Part shown: positions 41,069 to 54,564 of the stretch, in pieces
Position numbering within the stretch: the stretch's first letter is position 1
Layout: each line of letters begins with the position of its first letter
DNA from: Macrostomum lignano
Taxonomy: Eukaryota
DNA: 64,000 bases
Reading direction: 5' to 3'
Assembly (NCBI GenBank): GCA_002269645.1
Contig: NIVC01003381.1
Location: forward strand, 36,454 to 100,453
Notes under the pieces: model-generated
The model's input: only the letters and a program-made list of their open reading frames with translations
Told to the model about the DNA's origin: nothing
The model's database searches: none
Made by a program: the position numbers and the translations under genes

Positions 41069-41340
41069 CCATGTCCATGCACTATCAACCCCCTTAACCT
41101 AACCGCAACCCACTCTATAGTATAGGCTCGATTCTGATTGGCTGCGCAACTGACTTTCAAGCTGGCCACCCCACGCCATGTCCATGCACTATCAACCCCC
41201 TTAACCTAACCACAACTCCACTCTATAGTATAGGCTCGATTCGGATTGGCTGTGCGACTGACCTTCAAGCCAGCCACCTCACGCCATGTTCATGCGCGAA
41301 TAACCCCCCCCCCACTAACCATGTCCACAGCACCACTCTA
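41069..41340. repeat. About 2.5 copies of a 107-108-bp imperfect tandem repeat
   Basis: ccatgtccatgc starts at 41069 and 41176; the variant ccatgttcatgc starts at 41284. Units contain taacctaacc and gattggc. Confidence 0.85.
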
Positions 41341-41754
41341 GCAAAGGCATATATCACACCAGTTGCTCAGATATTTGCTGATCTGAATCTATGCAATGGA
41401 TATCAATACAGACGTTAGTGACCACACCAATGTCGTAATAAACTTTTGTGTGGCAAACTCAAGTTCTCGCAAAAGTGCTTAGCCTGATCTCTACACTCCA
41501 TGCTTGTTGCTTGCCTGTCTGCGACACTTTTACCACATCATTTTTCTCATTTACTCGCTTTTTTGCATTATAAATATAAAGCAATAGCACATTTGGGTCA
41601 TATTTCATTTTGGCAAAACATTTTTTCTCTCGCACAGCAGTGACTGCTGACGTTAATCTTAAAGTGCGCTTTTTAACAGCTTTTTCTAAAACGAAGATTC
41701 AAATCAAACCAATAAAAAACAAAGAAAAGCTGTTCTTGGCCATCTATAAGCAGT

Positions 41755-42125
41755 CTGCATTGAGCTCTTGGCCACTTGAGCAGTCTGGTTGAGCTCTTGG
41801 CCATCTGAGCAAACTGCATTGAGTTCTTAGCCATCTGAGCAGTATGAATTGAGCTCTTGGTTATCTGAGCAGTATGAATTGAGCTCTTGGTTATCTGAGC
41901 AGTATGAATTGAGCTCTTGGTTATCTGAGCAGTATGAATTGAGCTCTTGGTTATCTGAGCAGTATGAATTGAGCTCTTGGTTATCTGAGCAGTATGAATT
42001 GAGCTCTTGGTTATCTGAGCAGTATGAATTGAGCTCTTGGTTATCTGAGCAGTATGAATTGAGCTCTTGGTTATCTGAGCAGTATGAATTGAGCTCTTGG
42101 TCATCTGAGAAATCTGCATTGAGCA
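41755..42125. repeat. 30-bp minisatellite (gagcagtatgaattgagctcttggttatct)n
   Basis: Tandem units with a perfect core and degenerate edges. Confidence 0.95.
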
Positions 42126-42819
42126 CTGTACCAGTTAAGCAATAACTGTTACAATATGCCTGTCACATTAAAAAGACTAAGCCACAAGATTAAAATACCA
42201 AATAATATTTAATAGATTTGCAATCGACAACACAACCAAACAATACTAAATGTTCTACACATCAAGATCCAACCAATTCTAAAAAAAATTTATAGGAAAC
42301 AAAAGCTTCTATTCAGAGTATTCAAAACCTCATATCAGCAATGCTAGAAGCAGGACAAGTGCTTTATAAGCCAATATAAAAAACTATTTCATATGAGGTC
42401 GTTTGCTGCGTTCTATCCGACGATACATTTTTAGCGGGTATAATTAACTAAAAAAGCAAAACTACTCTAACGTATAGTTTTGTAAAGCCAAATACAAATA
42501 AAAATATTTCAAAGTATATTCTATCTATAAAAGCTAAAATGCACTTGCTAAATTATAGCTACGAGTATGGGGCAAAGTTGAAATTGATCAAAATGGTGCC
42601 AACCAAACAGCTAAATCAAAACAGTGTTGTAGATAAACTATTTGAATGATACAAAAACATTTTGCGTGAAATAATTATTAAAGAAAAATATCACATTTCA
42701 ATGGGCTCAACACATCTGACAGTGGGTACAGAACACCTGACACCTGACACAAGAGGCTGGAAAATAGGCATAGTACACCTGACATTGAACACAGCACATA
42801 GGAAAAGACACAACGGGTT

Positions 42820-43862
42820 GGACACAACAGGCCAGACACAGTAGGCAAGACACAGTAGGCCAGACACAGTAGGCCGGACACAACAAGCCAGACAAAACAG
42901 ACAAGACACAACAGGACAGACACAACAGGCCAGACAAAACAGACAAGACACAACAGGACAGACACAACAGGACAGACACAACAGGCCAGACAAAACAGAC
43001 AAGACACAACAGGACAGACACAACAGGCCAGACAAAACAGACAAGACACAACAGGACAGACACAACAGGCCAGACAAAACAGACAAGACACAACAGGACA
43101 GACACAACAGGCCAGACAAAACAGACAAGACACAACAGGACAGACACAACAGGCCAGACAAAACAGACAAGACACAACAGGACAGACACAACAGGCCAGA
43201 CAAAACAGACAAGACACAACAGGACAGACACAACAGACCAGACAAAACAGACAAGACACAACAGGACAGACACAACAGGCCAGACAAAACAGACAAGACA
43301 CAACAGGACAGACACAACAGGCCAGACAAAACAGACAAGACACAACAGGACAGACACAACAGGCCAGACAAAACAGACAAGACACAACAGGACAGACACA
43401 ACAGGCCAGACAAAACAGACAAGACACAACAGGACAGACACAACAGGCCAGACAAAACAGACAAGACACAACAGGACAGACACAACAGACCAGACAAAAC
43501 AGACAAGACACAACAGGACAGACACAACAAGCCAGACAAAACAGACAAGACACAACAGGACAGACACAACAGGCCAGACAAAACAGACAAGACACAACAG
43601 GACAGACACAACAGGCCAGACAAAACAGACAAGACACAACAGGACAGACACAACAGGCCAGACAAAACAGACAAGACACAACAGGACAGACACAACAGGC
43701 CAGACAAAACAGACAAGACACAACAGGACAGACACAACAGGCCAGACAAAACAGACAAGACACAACAGGACAGACACAACAGGCCAGACAAAACAGACAA
43801 GACACAACAGGACAGACACAACAGGCCAGACAAAACAGACCAAACACAACAGGCCAGACACA
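42820..43862. repeat. 42-bp minisatellite (cagacacaacaggccagacaaaacagacaagacacaacagga)n, 3x14 substructure
   Basis: Tandem units. Source of the Cys/Leu/Val pseudo-ORFs on the minus strand. Confidence 0.96.
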
Positions 43863-44771
43863 AAAAACCTATCATTGCGATTCTGCACGCCACTCAACCC
43901 TAGAAAGACGCCAAGTGAAAAAACTGCTTATTAAAAAATCAAATAAAAAAATCGCAATGAAAATGATGGCGCCAAACAGTTGCTAGGCAAGTTTCAGCCT
44001 GTGAAAACTGATTGTAGGCTGCGAAAAAAAAGCGAGCATAAAAGACATATGGCTCCTAGATGGAGAAAAAATCCGCTTACAACAGCTAGTGGGCGATTCA
44101 GATTAAAATATTAAGAAGCCCGTCCCCGTTCAATCAGGCGAAAATACTGGGATAGCCCCAGGTGCGCGGCTCGACCAATTAAATCAAATTTTCTACCTAC
44201 AAAATATTGACAAAATTGCGCTAGAAATTTTGCTGGCCTAGCCTAAAGCTTAGCTTTCTATTTTTTTCTTTTAAAAGCAGAAATTCCATTAAGTAGACAG
44301 GGACAAATCTCATATATGAAACACTAGATAGGCCACTTCCTCAGCATAATCCGTATGATCATTGGTTCAGAGCTTTTGTCTATGGCCCAAACCGATAGAT
44401 CCAATGTGTCATTGCAATTAGCACTCAATTGCCCCCAGAACAAGCATAGCATAGGTAATAACTAGTGGCCTATCTAATGTTGGGTTGAATCTAAACTATA
44501 AGTCTGCGGTGAGTATTAAAACACAATAAATAATACAAATTGATAAATTAAGTTACAACAGAGACTCTAAACTGCCTTATTGAGCATGAGTACAGTTCAC
44601 AGTGGCTAGGCCGGCGGTCTGAGCGAATAGTCTTGCATTATTCTAAGATATCCAGACTTTGACGGGAACCTGAAATGATTCAAATTGGAATAGAATTGGA
44701 AACACAATATTATTAAACACTTGCGCTGTAAGCATATCAGATCCATAACTAAGTAAGATTGTATGGAAGCG

Positions 44772-46057
44772 GAGGCAGATTCAAGGACTGATTGAGGGAG
44801 AGCTGAGAGGCAGATTCAAGGACTGATTGAGGGAGAGCTGAGAGGCAGATTCAAGGACTGATTGAGGGAGAGCTGAGAGGCAGATTCAAGGACTGATTGA
44901 TGGAGAGCTGAGAGGCAGATTCAAGGACTGATTGATGGAGAGCTGAGAGGCAGATTCAAGGACTGATTGATGGAGAGCTGAGAGGCAGATTCAAGGACTG
45001 ATTGATGGAGAGCTGAGAGGCAGATTCAAGGACTGATTGAGGGAGAGCTGAGAGGCAGATTCAAGGACTGATTGAGGGAGAGCTGAGAGGCAGATTCAAG
45101 GACTGATTGAGGGAGAGCTGAGAGGCAGATTCAAGGACTGATTGATGGAGAGCTGAGAGGCAGATTCAAGGACTGATTGATGGAGAGCTGAGAGGCAGAT
45201 TCAAGGACTGATTGAGGGAGAGCTGAGAGGCAGATTCAAGGACTGATTGAGGGAGAGCTGAGAGGCAGATTCAAGGACTGATTGAGGGAGAGCTGAGAGG
45301 CAGATTCAAGGACTGATTGATGGAGAGCTGAGAGGCAGATTCAAGAACTGATTGATGGAGAGCTGAGAGGCAGATTCAAGGACTGATTGATGGAGAGCTG
45401 AGAGGCAGATTCAAGAACTGATTGAGGGAGAGCTGAGAGGCAGATTCAAGGACTGATTGAGGGAGAGCTGAGAGGCAGATTCAAGGACTGATTGATGGAG
45501 AGCTGAGAGGCAGATTCAAGGACTGATTGAGGGAGAGGTGAGAGGCAGATTCAAGAACTGATTGATGGAGAGCTGAGAGGCAGATTCAAGGACTGATTGA
45601 TGGAGAGCTGAGAGGCAGATTCAAGAACTGATTGAGGGAGAGCTGAGAGGCAGATTCAAGGACTGATTGAGGGAGAGCTGAGAGGCAGATTCAAGGACTG
45701 ATTGAGGGAGAGCTGAGAGGCAGATTCAAAGACTGATTGAGGGAGAGCTGAGAGGCAGATTCAAGAACTGATTGATGGAGAACTGAGAGGCAGATTCAAG
45801 GACTGATTGAGGGAGAGCTGAGAGGCAGATTCAAGGACTGATTGATGGAGAGCTGAGAGGCAGATTCAAGAACTGATTGATGGAGAAGAGTTGAGAGGCA
45901 GATTCAAGAACTGATTGATGGAGAGTTGAGAGGCAGATTCAAGGACTGATTGATGGAGAGCTGAGAGGCAGATTCAAGAACTGATTGATGGAGAGCTGAG
46001 AGGCAGATTCAAGGACTGATTGATGGAGAGCTGAGAGGCAGATTCAAGGACTGATTC
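44772..46057. repeat. 35-bp minisatellite (ggcagattcaaggactgattgagggagagctgaga)n
   Basis: Period 35 (44774, 44809...). Ends about 90 nt from the ASPG stop. Confidence 0.96.
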
Positions 46058-46147
46058 AAAGTAGTAGTTGCACTTTGAATAAAAGCGCCGGAGCAGCATA
46101 CAAAGCTTTACGCACCGCAACAGCCTCAACAGCCCTGAAAAAGGGAA

Positions 46148-49100
46148 TCAGGCATAATCGGGCAGCGTTTCCAAGAAAGCGGTCACGGTGTCGCAGCCGC
46201 GGTCCCTGGCCAGCTGCAGCGGCGACCGGCCGAGCAAGTCGAGCGGCTTGGCCGGCACCCGGACCTCGCGGCAGAGAAATCGCACCACATGCAAGTGGCC
46301 GTGCAAAGCGGCCGTGTGCAGCGGAGTGAAGCGGTTGTAGTCGGTGAGGCGCAGGTCCGACCCAGCGGTCCAGTGCATTCGCAGGGAGGCCAAATCGCCG
46401 GTTGCAGCCAGGGCGTTCAGCCGGGAGCCAGTCTGGGCCAGGGAGCGGCCGCTGGCGCCACCAACGCTGGCTAGCAGCTGGGCGAGCTCGGCGTCGCCTC
46501 GGTCTAGCGCAATGTCCAAGGCGGTGCGGCAGCGCTCGTCCTTGGCGTGCAGAGCGGCGCCGCGGCGCAGCAGATAGCGGACCATGTCGGTGCGGCCGTG
46601 CGCGGCGGCCAGGTGAAGCGGGCCGGCGCGGAATTTATATTTGCCGGAGTTCAACGTGGCCAAGTTGAACTCGCTGCCGCGGAGCAGCTGCTCAGCCCGG
46701 TCAAAGTGGCCGGAGACGGCCAGGGCGTTGAGCAGGGCCGGGGCGAAGTAGTCGCGCGACAGGGTGATACCGGCGAATGCGCACTGGTCGGATAGGTGGG
46801 CGCACATGCGGTCTAGCAGGGCCGGCTGGTCGGTCTGCGGATGGCGAGCCAATTCAGGCATACGGAGATAGGGCGGGAATGCAAAGGGGATGCTATGGCC
46901 TAGTTACTAGGTCACGGAAGCGCTTTAGGCGAGGAGGCTAGCAGTCATGCCCGTTTTGCTGACCCCTGAGTACGCACATGCATTATACGTAAGCAGGCAC
47001 ACGCACTCACAGGTTGTACAGCGACCTTGACTTTCGTATTGATAGGCATGTAAACACTCTGCACCTTGGGGCTTGGCTCTCCGGGCCAAACCAATGTGGT
47101 CTACTACAGAATGGGAGCTGCAGAAAGGGAAGATAGATAGAAGGGAAGATGGAATTGGAGCTGTAGAAGGGAAGATGGAATGGGATGGGAGCTGCAAATG
47201 AGATGGAATGGGAGCTGCAGAAGGGAAGGTGGGATGGGCGAAGATACAGCGGCGATGGATGGAGACTGAATCTATCTTAAATAAAAATGACATGCCACAC
47301 AAGCAAGCTACTGCAAGTAGGCACACAGAGAACGGTAGAATAAATGAGCACTCAACCCGAGCCTGATCAATCGGGGCGCGCCTCTCGCCGTCCTGCTCGA
47401 CGCCTTCGGAAAAGTCGGCAACGGAGGTGGCCTCGCCGCGAAGGCTTCGCTGTAATTTGCGCCGCTTGTGCTCCAGCGGCCAGTCCTCCTTGCTGAGCAC
47501 GTAGGCCAGCTTGGACAGGGCCGCCTCCGGGACCATGTCGGCGCCGGACAGGACACCGGCCTCGGCCAGCACCTGTCCGGTGCGATAGATGACGGAGACT
47601 GGGCCGCGCTGGCACTGGGATATGTTAACAACCAGCACGCCGCGGTCGCTGGCCTCGCGCAGTGCGGCCAGCATAGAGTCATTAATTGGGAAATTTCCGG
47701 CTCCGTAGGATTGCAGCACCAAGCCGCGGATTGGCGGCTTGAGGAACTCGCAGATTAGCTGCGTTGTCATGGAGGGGAACAGGCGGAGTAGGATCACCTG
47801 CAATTCGAATTTGGGTTAGTAACGGTATTAACTGTGCAGCAACTGATCTGAAATGAGCAATGAATCATGTTGTCTTTTGTGAGTATGCACGCGTTCACAC
47901 CTGTCTTTCATGACTATCTACCAGTGTTCACGCCTGTCTTTCATGACTATCTACCAGTGTTCACGCCTGTCTTTCATGACTATCTACCAGTGTTCACGCC
48001 TGTCTTTCATGACTATCTACCAGTGTTCACACCTGTCTTTCATGACTATCTACCAGTGTTCACGCCTGTCTTTCATGACTATCAACCAGTGTTCACACCT
48101 GTCTTTCATGACTATCTACCAGTGTTCACGCCTGTCTTTCATGACTATCTACCAGTGTTCACGCCTGTCTTTCATGACTATCTACCAGTGTTCACGCCTG
48201 TCTTTCATGACTATCTACCAGTGTTCACGCCTGTCTTTCATGACTATCTACCAGTGTTCACGCCTGTCTTTCATGACTATCTACCAGTGTTCACGCCTGT
48301 CTTTCATGACTATCTACCAGTGTTCACACGTGTCTTTCACAAGTCCCCTACAGTTAAAATTATGGCTCGCACCTGATTGCACAGTGTATCGTGCACCCGG
48401 AATTTCCTAGTATGATCGGCTCCAAGCACCCGGTGCCAGTACACGTGCACATCAATGCCCAGCTTAGCCAACGGATTACAATTAGGCGAGGCGAATGCGT
48501 CAAAGTCGTTAGTTGAAATCTTCGTACACCGGTTGCCGCGCAACAACTCGTTATGAAAGAAGACGCAAACCTCGGGCACGCAGTAGAATCCAGCCAAGAT
48601 TAATGCGCCTAGAAAGTTGTCGCGGCCATCGCTGCGGCATTCAATAATAGGAATCTGGGAGCCAGTGACAATAACCGGCTTGCCGAGATTCTCAAGCAGG
48701 AAGGACAGAGCCGAGGCTGTATAGCACATCGTGTCCGTGCCGTGCAGTATGACAAAGCCGTCAAAGAAGTCGTACTCAAGGCCAATATCGGCCGCTATGC
48801 GCAGGTGATCGTCCATGGTCATGTCGGACGAGTCCAGCAGCGGCTCGTACTCGTAGATGACGTACAACAGGGTCCGGTTGCCAACGCTAGTGGGCAGAGC
48901 GAATGGCAGGTCAACGGCGCCCAGACTGGTGTCAGTGGCGATCTCCCAATCGTCCTCGGTCATTAGGGAGCGCAGGCATTGGTTATCGTGCAATACCTTT
49001 GTGTGGCGAATAGCATCTCCCAGGTAATTGGCTACGGGTACGTAGGCGCCGTTCTCTGATTTCATACCGATTGTGCCGCCAGTGTACAGTACCAGGACCT

Positions 49101-51377
49101 GAGAGTACGAGTTGAATAACAAATAGCCTTATATTACTTAATGATTTTCGCCCGGCGCTCCTACTGAATAGTAGCAAGATAAGAATGTGAAGCGAATCTT
49201 TATAGTGTACACAAAAACAGTTGCGCAATTTTAGGTAAACTAGCAATCATCGCCCCACGTTAGGGAGGCAACAGAGAGAGGAATTATATTTTTCGAATAA
49301 ACTATAAATTTAGCTTTTGACCTTTCGCAGTCACAAAGTTAGTTTCTGAAGAAAAACATCTTTTTAAAGCAAAAACATGAACTTTCACATCTCAGCAGTT
49401 CCCTCATGAGCCTCGACATCTCAGCGATTCCCCCATGAGCCTTGACATCTTAGTGATTCCCCCATGAGCCTTGACATCTCAGTGATTCCCCTATGAGCCT
49501 TGACATCTTAGCAGTTCCCCATGAGCCTTGACATCTTAGCAGTTCCCCCTCAGCCTTGACATCTTAGCAGTTCCCCATAAGCCTTGACATCTTAGCAGTT
49601 CCCCCTCAGCCTTGAAATCTTAGCAGTTCCCCATGAGCCTTGACATCTCAGCAGTTCCCCCTCAGCCTTGACATCTTAGCAGTTCCCCCTCAGCCTTGAA
49701 ATATTAGCAGTTCCCCATGAGCCTTGACATCTCAGTGATTCCCCTATGAGCCTTGACATCTTAGCAGTTCCCCATGAGCCTTGACATCTTAGCAGTTCCC
49801 CCTCAGCCTTGACATCTTAGCAGTTCCCCCTCAGCCTTGAAATCTTAGCAGTTCCCCATGAGCCTTGACATCTCAGCAGTTCCCCCTCAGCCTTGAAATC
49901 TTAGCAGTTCCCCATGAGCCTTGACATCTTAGCAGTTCCCCCTCAGCCTTGACATCTTAGCAGTTCCCCCTCAGCCTTGAAATCTTAGCAGTTCCCCATG
50001 AGCCTTGACATCTCAGCAGTTCCCCTCAGCCTTGACATCTTAGCAGTTCCCCCTCAGCCTTGAAATCTTAGCAGTTCCCCATGAGCCTTGACATCTCAGC
50101 AGTTCCCCCTCAGCCTTGACATCTTAGCAGTTCCCCCTCAGCCTTGAAATATTAGCAGTTCCCCATGAGCCTTGACATCTCAGTGATTCCCCTATGAGCC
50201 TTGACATCTTAGCAGTTCCCCATGAGCCTTGACATCTTAGCAGTTCCCCCTCAGCCTTGACATCTTAGCAGTTCCCCCTCAGCCTTGAAATCTTAGCAGT
50301 TCCCCATGAGCCTTGACATCTCAGCAGTTCCCCCTCAGCCTTGAAATCTTAGCAGTTCCCCATGAGCCTTGACATCTTAGCAGTTCCCCCTCAGCCTTGA
50401 CATCTTAGCAGTTCCCCCTCAGCCTTGAAATCTTAGCAGTTCCCCATGAGCCTTGACATCTCAGCAGTTCCCCCTCAGCCTTGACATCTTAGCAGTTCCC
50501 CCTCAGCCTTGAAATCTTAGCAGTTCCCCATGAGCCTTGACATCTTAGCAGTTCCCCCTCAGCCTTGACATCTTAGCAGTTCCCCCTCAGCCTTGAAATC
50601 TTAGCAGTTCCCCATGAGCCTTGACATCTCAGCAGTTCCCCCTCAGCCTTGACATCTTAGCAGTTCCCCCTCAGCCTTGAAATCTTAGCAGTTCCCCATG
50701 AGCCTTGACATCTCAGCAGTTCCCCCTCAGCCTTGACATCTCAGGGATCCCCCCATGAGCCTTGACATCTCAGGGATTCCCCCATGAGCCTTGACATCTC
50801 AGGGATTCCCCCATGAGCCTTGACATCTCAGGGATTCCCCCATGAGCCTTGACATCTCAGGGATTCCCCCATGAGCCTTGACATCTCAGGGATTCCCCCA
50901 TGAGCCTTAACATCTCAGCAGCCTGTAATGATACGAAAATAAAGTTAGATGTACCCGTATTGGCTTAGCAATAACCAAGGCCAATTCTGCTTAGCTTGGA
51001 AAGACGAAAAATATCGAAACGGGAGTTATGCTATAAACTTTTACCTTTGACACCTTGGTTAGTGTCAGATCGAGCAGTTCCATAGCTTGGAAAGCCATAG
51101 TGAAGTTGAATTTTTTCAACTGCTTAGGCTGATAATTCTGGTCAATAGTGCTTTGAAACGGAGCCGACAGGCTGTGAACCCGGCCGCGGTGCTGCGCCTC
51201 GGCCAGCATGCGGGCCATCCGATCGCCGAATTCCTTCTTACGCGATTGCAGCACCTTTGACGGGCTCATTGGAGTCTGTGAGGAGCTGGAGCTGCCAGTG
51301 GCAGCGGCGGCAGCTTCATTAGATTCCGATGGCACAGCGCCGCTGTTGCTGCTGTCGGCAAATACTTCGGGATCCAT
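46148..51377 (-). CDS. ASPG: Type I L-asparaginase with C-terminal ankyrin repeats (60-kDa lysophospholipase/ASPG); exons 51377-51045, 49098-48373, 47797-47357, 46834-46148 (about 728 aa)
   Basis: Catalytic motifs VLYTGGTIGM, HGTDTM and TGSQ, plus RCTK, QSYGAGN and DMVPEAALSKL. Ankyrin motifs GPLHLAAAHG, TALDIA and TPLHTAALHG. All junctions are phase 0 GT-AG (AAG|GTAAAA, CAG|GTGCGA, CGG|GTTGAG). The exon 3/4 junction is the least certain. Confidence 0.92.
47120..47240. repeat. Short degenerate ~26-bp purine-rich repeat in ASPG intron 3
   Basis: Recurrent gatggaatgggagctgcagaagggaa-like units. Confidence 0.7.
47890..48340. repeat. 33-bp minisatellite (ttcacgcctgtctttcatgactatctaccagtg)n in ASPG intron 2
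   Basis: Tandem units, about 13-14 copies. Confidence 0.96.
49390..50922. repeat. 28/29-bp minisatellite (gagccttgacatcttagcagttccccat)n in ASPG intron 1, with higher-order structure
   Basis: Tandem units. The rare variant aaatattag occurs at 49701 and 50149 (448 bp = 16 units). Confidence 0.96.
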
Positions 51378-54300
51378 CTGGTCTGTTCAGGCTTGGTAGC
51401 GTGTAGCGCATGCATTCATTTAATAAACTGCATAGACCATGTATATCTCAGGACAATGTATAGCTTACCCTTTCTTGGAGATACTAACCTATTATAGTCA
51501 AATTGGATTGAAGCTTGGCCTAATTTGCCTTGCATTTGATATAATTTCCTTTCAAACTGTTATGGAACACAAGTACTAACCATAGCTAGTTCTGCTTAAC
51601 TTGAAAGTCTAGTTGCAGATGCATGAAAATATTTAGTAAGCAAGCTTTTATCTTTGCTGATTCAAAATCTTTATCAATACTTGCTTTATCTTAACTGAAA
51701 CATAGGCCTGAGAAATTAAAGGCTAAGTTCTAACTACTAGATTCTATTTGTCTTTTTCGATATATTGCTTTTAGAATAAAATCTTATAAGCAAGTAATAA
51801 ATGAAAAAAGCATTTGATAGGACATAACATAAGAATTTGTTCATAAAAATAACTTATATGCTGAATAATAATAGAAAGTTGCTTTCAGACTAGCCTAATT
51901 TATAGATATAGAAATGAATATTGTCAAAAATATCAAAATACCTATAAAAATATATTTTTATTCATAGAGAAATATTTTTAATAAAAAAACTATACTTTCA
52001 TTGGTCTATAGCCCTAATCTACTTGATTCCAATAGTTCTGTTTTATGTTTTTCTAAATTAGGCCTATATATGTGCAATCCCCGTGATTTACACTGGCTAT
52101 GCAATTTTCTTAAGTTTTTTTATACTTAGTTTTTTAATATATTGAATTTCTACTAGCTTCCTAAAATAATATAATATTGTCATTGATACTTTAGGACAAA
52201 CAATAATGAACTTTTAATATTTGGATAGATAGTTCAATTTGGCACTAGTGCAGTTCTGTTCACAATTTTTTCTTTTGAATTTGTGCCAGCTTCAATTATA
52301 TTGTAGTGCCTTCAATTTAATATAATAGTATAATAGCAATAGCCAATAATAATATGCATAGGAATTATATGTAAAGTAAAGATAAACTCCTAGTCTCCTA
52401 TTGTGTTTTTTATTTAGGGACTAACAAAGAATTGGTAAAGTCAAAGAGCAAATAAATAGCTTAACTTGAACTAAAAAAAGATGTAAATTTTATACCAAAT
52501 TGGCTTAGAAAACACACAGTAAGCTGGCCTTAGTGGTCCAGCAAGCTATATTATAGATTAGGCTTTCTAGCCTTTAGAAGGCAATAAAATCAAAATAATG
52601 CTAAAAATAGTTATGAATGGTTATGGCATTAATTATATGTTCTTCATTAGTGATTAGTGCTCAACTTTCAAGGTGCTATCAAATCAAATCTTAGTAGAGC
52701 TTTGTTTAGGCTACATTGATAAAATATTAAAAATGGCAGAATAAAACGCCATAATTATTTAACAGCAAACACTGAGCACAGTATGAAGTCAAGGAATACA
52801 ACGTACAAGATCTGCTTTGTATAAAATTACAAATTAGGCAACAAACCAAGGACATAGTTTCAGCGGTCGTCTGGTTAGCGGGGGTGTGTCTCTTCTTATT
52901 TTTTTACTTTTAACCATTTACTCTTCTTTTTTAGAGTTAAAAGCTATTTTTTATTTCCTATACTAGAGTTTTACGACGTTAAAAACGGTTTTCTATAGCT
53001 GAATGTTCGACTTTGTTATTACTTGCGCGAAATTTTGTAGCACTTTTTCAATTTTAGATTGACAATTTCTTTGGCCTCATTCGAACGGCCTGAGTCATGG
53101 TAAGCATTTATTCTAAAGTAATATTATATGTTGCTAACTATTATTTTGTATTTAGGTAGCTTCCACCATCCAACAAATAGGAGCTTAACCTTCAAACCAA
53201 AGCGTCAATAGCAATGTTTAGAGATGAAAAATTTAAAGACCACGTAGACCAGTCCGACGAGCTCGGCTGTCTCGCCGGCAGGATGAACAATTGTCGAAAA
53301 TTGTCAGAGATTGCAAACGAACCACACAAGTCCCATTATTCAGCGCACTTAATGTAGCACAGTACACCCCGCCCTGCTAAGATCTCGGATCTCGGAGTGA
53401 AACAGAGAGTTAATCTGGATTATTTCTGAACCGGACGTGAGCAAAAAGTACTTGTAGAAAGCAAAGTTTAAATTTAATTTATTTGATTTGATTTAAATAC
53501 TTAGTTTAGGTAGCAAGGATTTAAAGAATGTTTTATACAGGTAAAAAATGCATTTAAGAGACTGCATAATCTTGGATATGAAGCACGATAATACATAAAA
53601 TTATTTCCATCTGTATAACAGCTCAAAATGCCGTAAAAATAGATTTTCTACTTAAAGTAGTATATTGTTATATACGAGCGTCAGTGGAAGTTGGAAGAAC
53701 TGAAGGGCCACAGGTGCAACTGATATTGAGATTTGTTTTCTTACCTACTCGTCCGTGTAGTGCATGCTTTTCGTTGCGCTGCCTTCAGCAAACCGTCCAT
53801 TCAATTTAGAGTTTGGTGGGTCATGACCAGGTTAAAACTAAATTTACTTCAACCCTCTAGAGTATGATCGAGGGAAAATCTGCCAAAAGGTATGCCCATC
53901 AAATAGAAGAAGTTCGTGAACACCGTATGTTTACGTTGGGTGATCATTCTACATTCGATCGATTCCGTTGGATTTGTATACTTTTACTGACTGCTGGGGC
54001 ACACACATAGGCAAGCAGAAGTGCGATGTAATGCATTATAGTTTTTCTAACCTTGCTACAGCAGCAAAAAAGAGGAAAGTTTGAAGAGAGTTGCTGAAAA
54101 TTATTATTATAGATAAAATCACATGTGCAAAACAGGTATTTATACGTCGTACGAACGCAACCGTGCTATGATGGATAGCATAGCATAGTCAGAAGGTCAG
54201 TAGGGAGAGATGTGTCAGAATGGAAAAGGATATAGCGAGTCGCTAGAGTACGCGCGCGAGCACAGATACTACTGCAATGACTATGGAAAGAAGTCGCTCT

Positions 54301-54564
54301 GTGCCCCAGCGCGTGACTGACAAAGTAAATGAAGCGAGTTTCGTACTGCGCCTGATGTATATCGGACTTCTGCATGAACACAAACCAGATTCCCTAGCTA
54401 ACAGAAAATAAGTTAAAAATACGAGCTACATGTCCGAAAAAAATTGCCATTCGGTTTGGCTATAATTCAAACTGCCACCTAATTTTCTTTGTAATGCAGC
54501 TTAAAAAATTACGCAGGGTAATTTTTTTACCTTCTTTACCTTCTCTACAGGCTTTTCTCTACAA

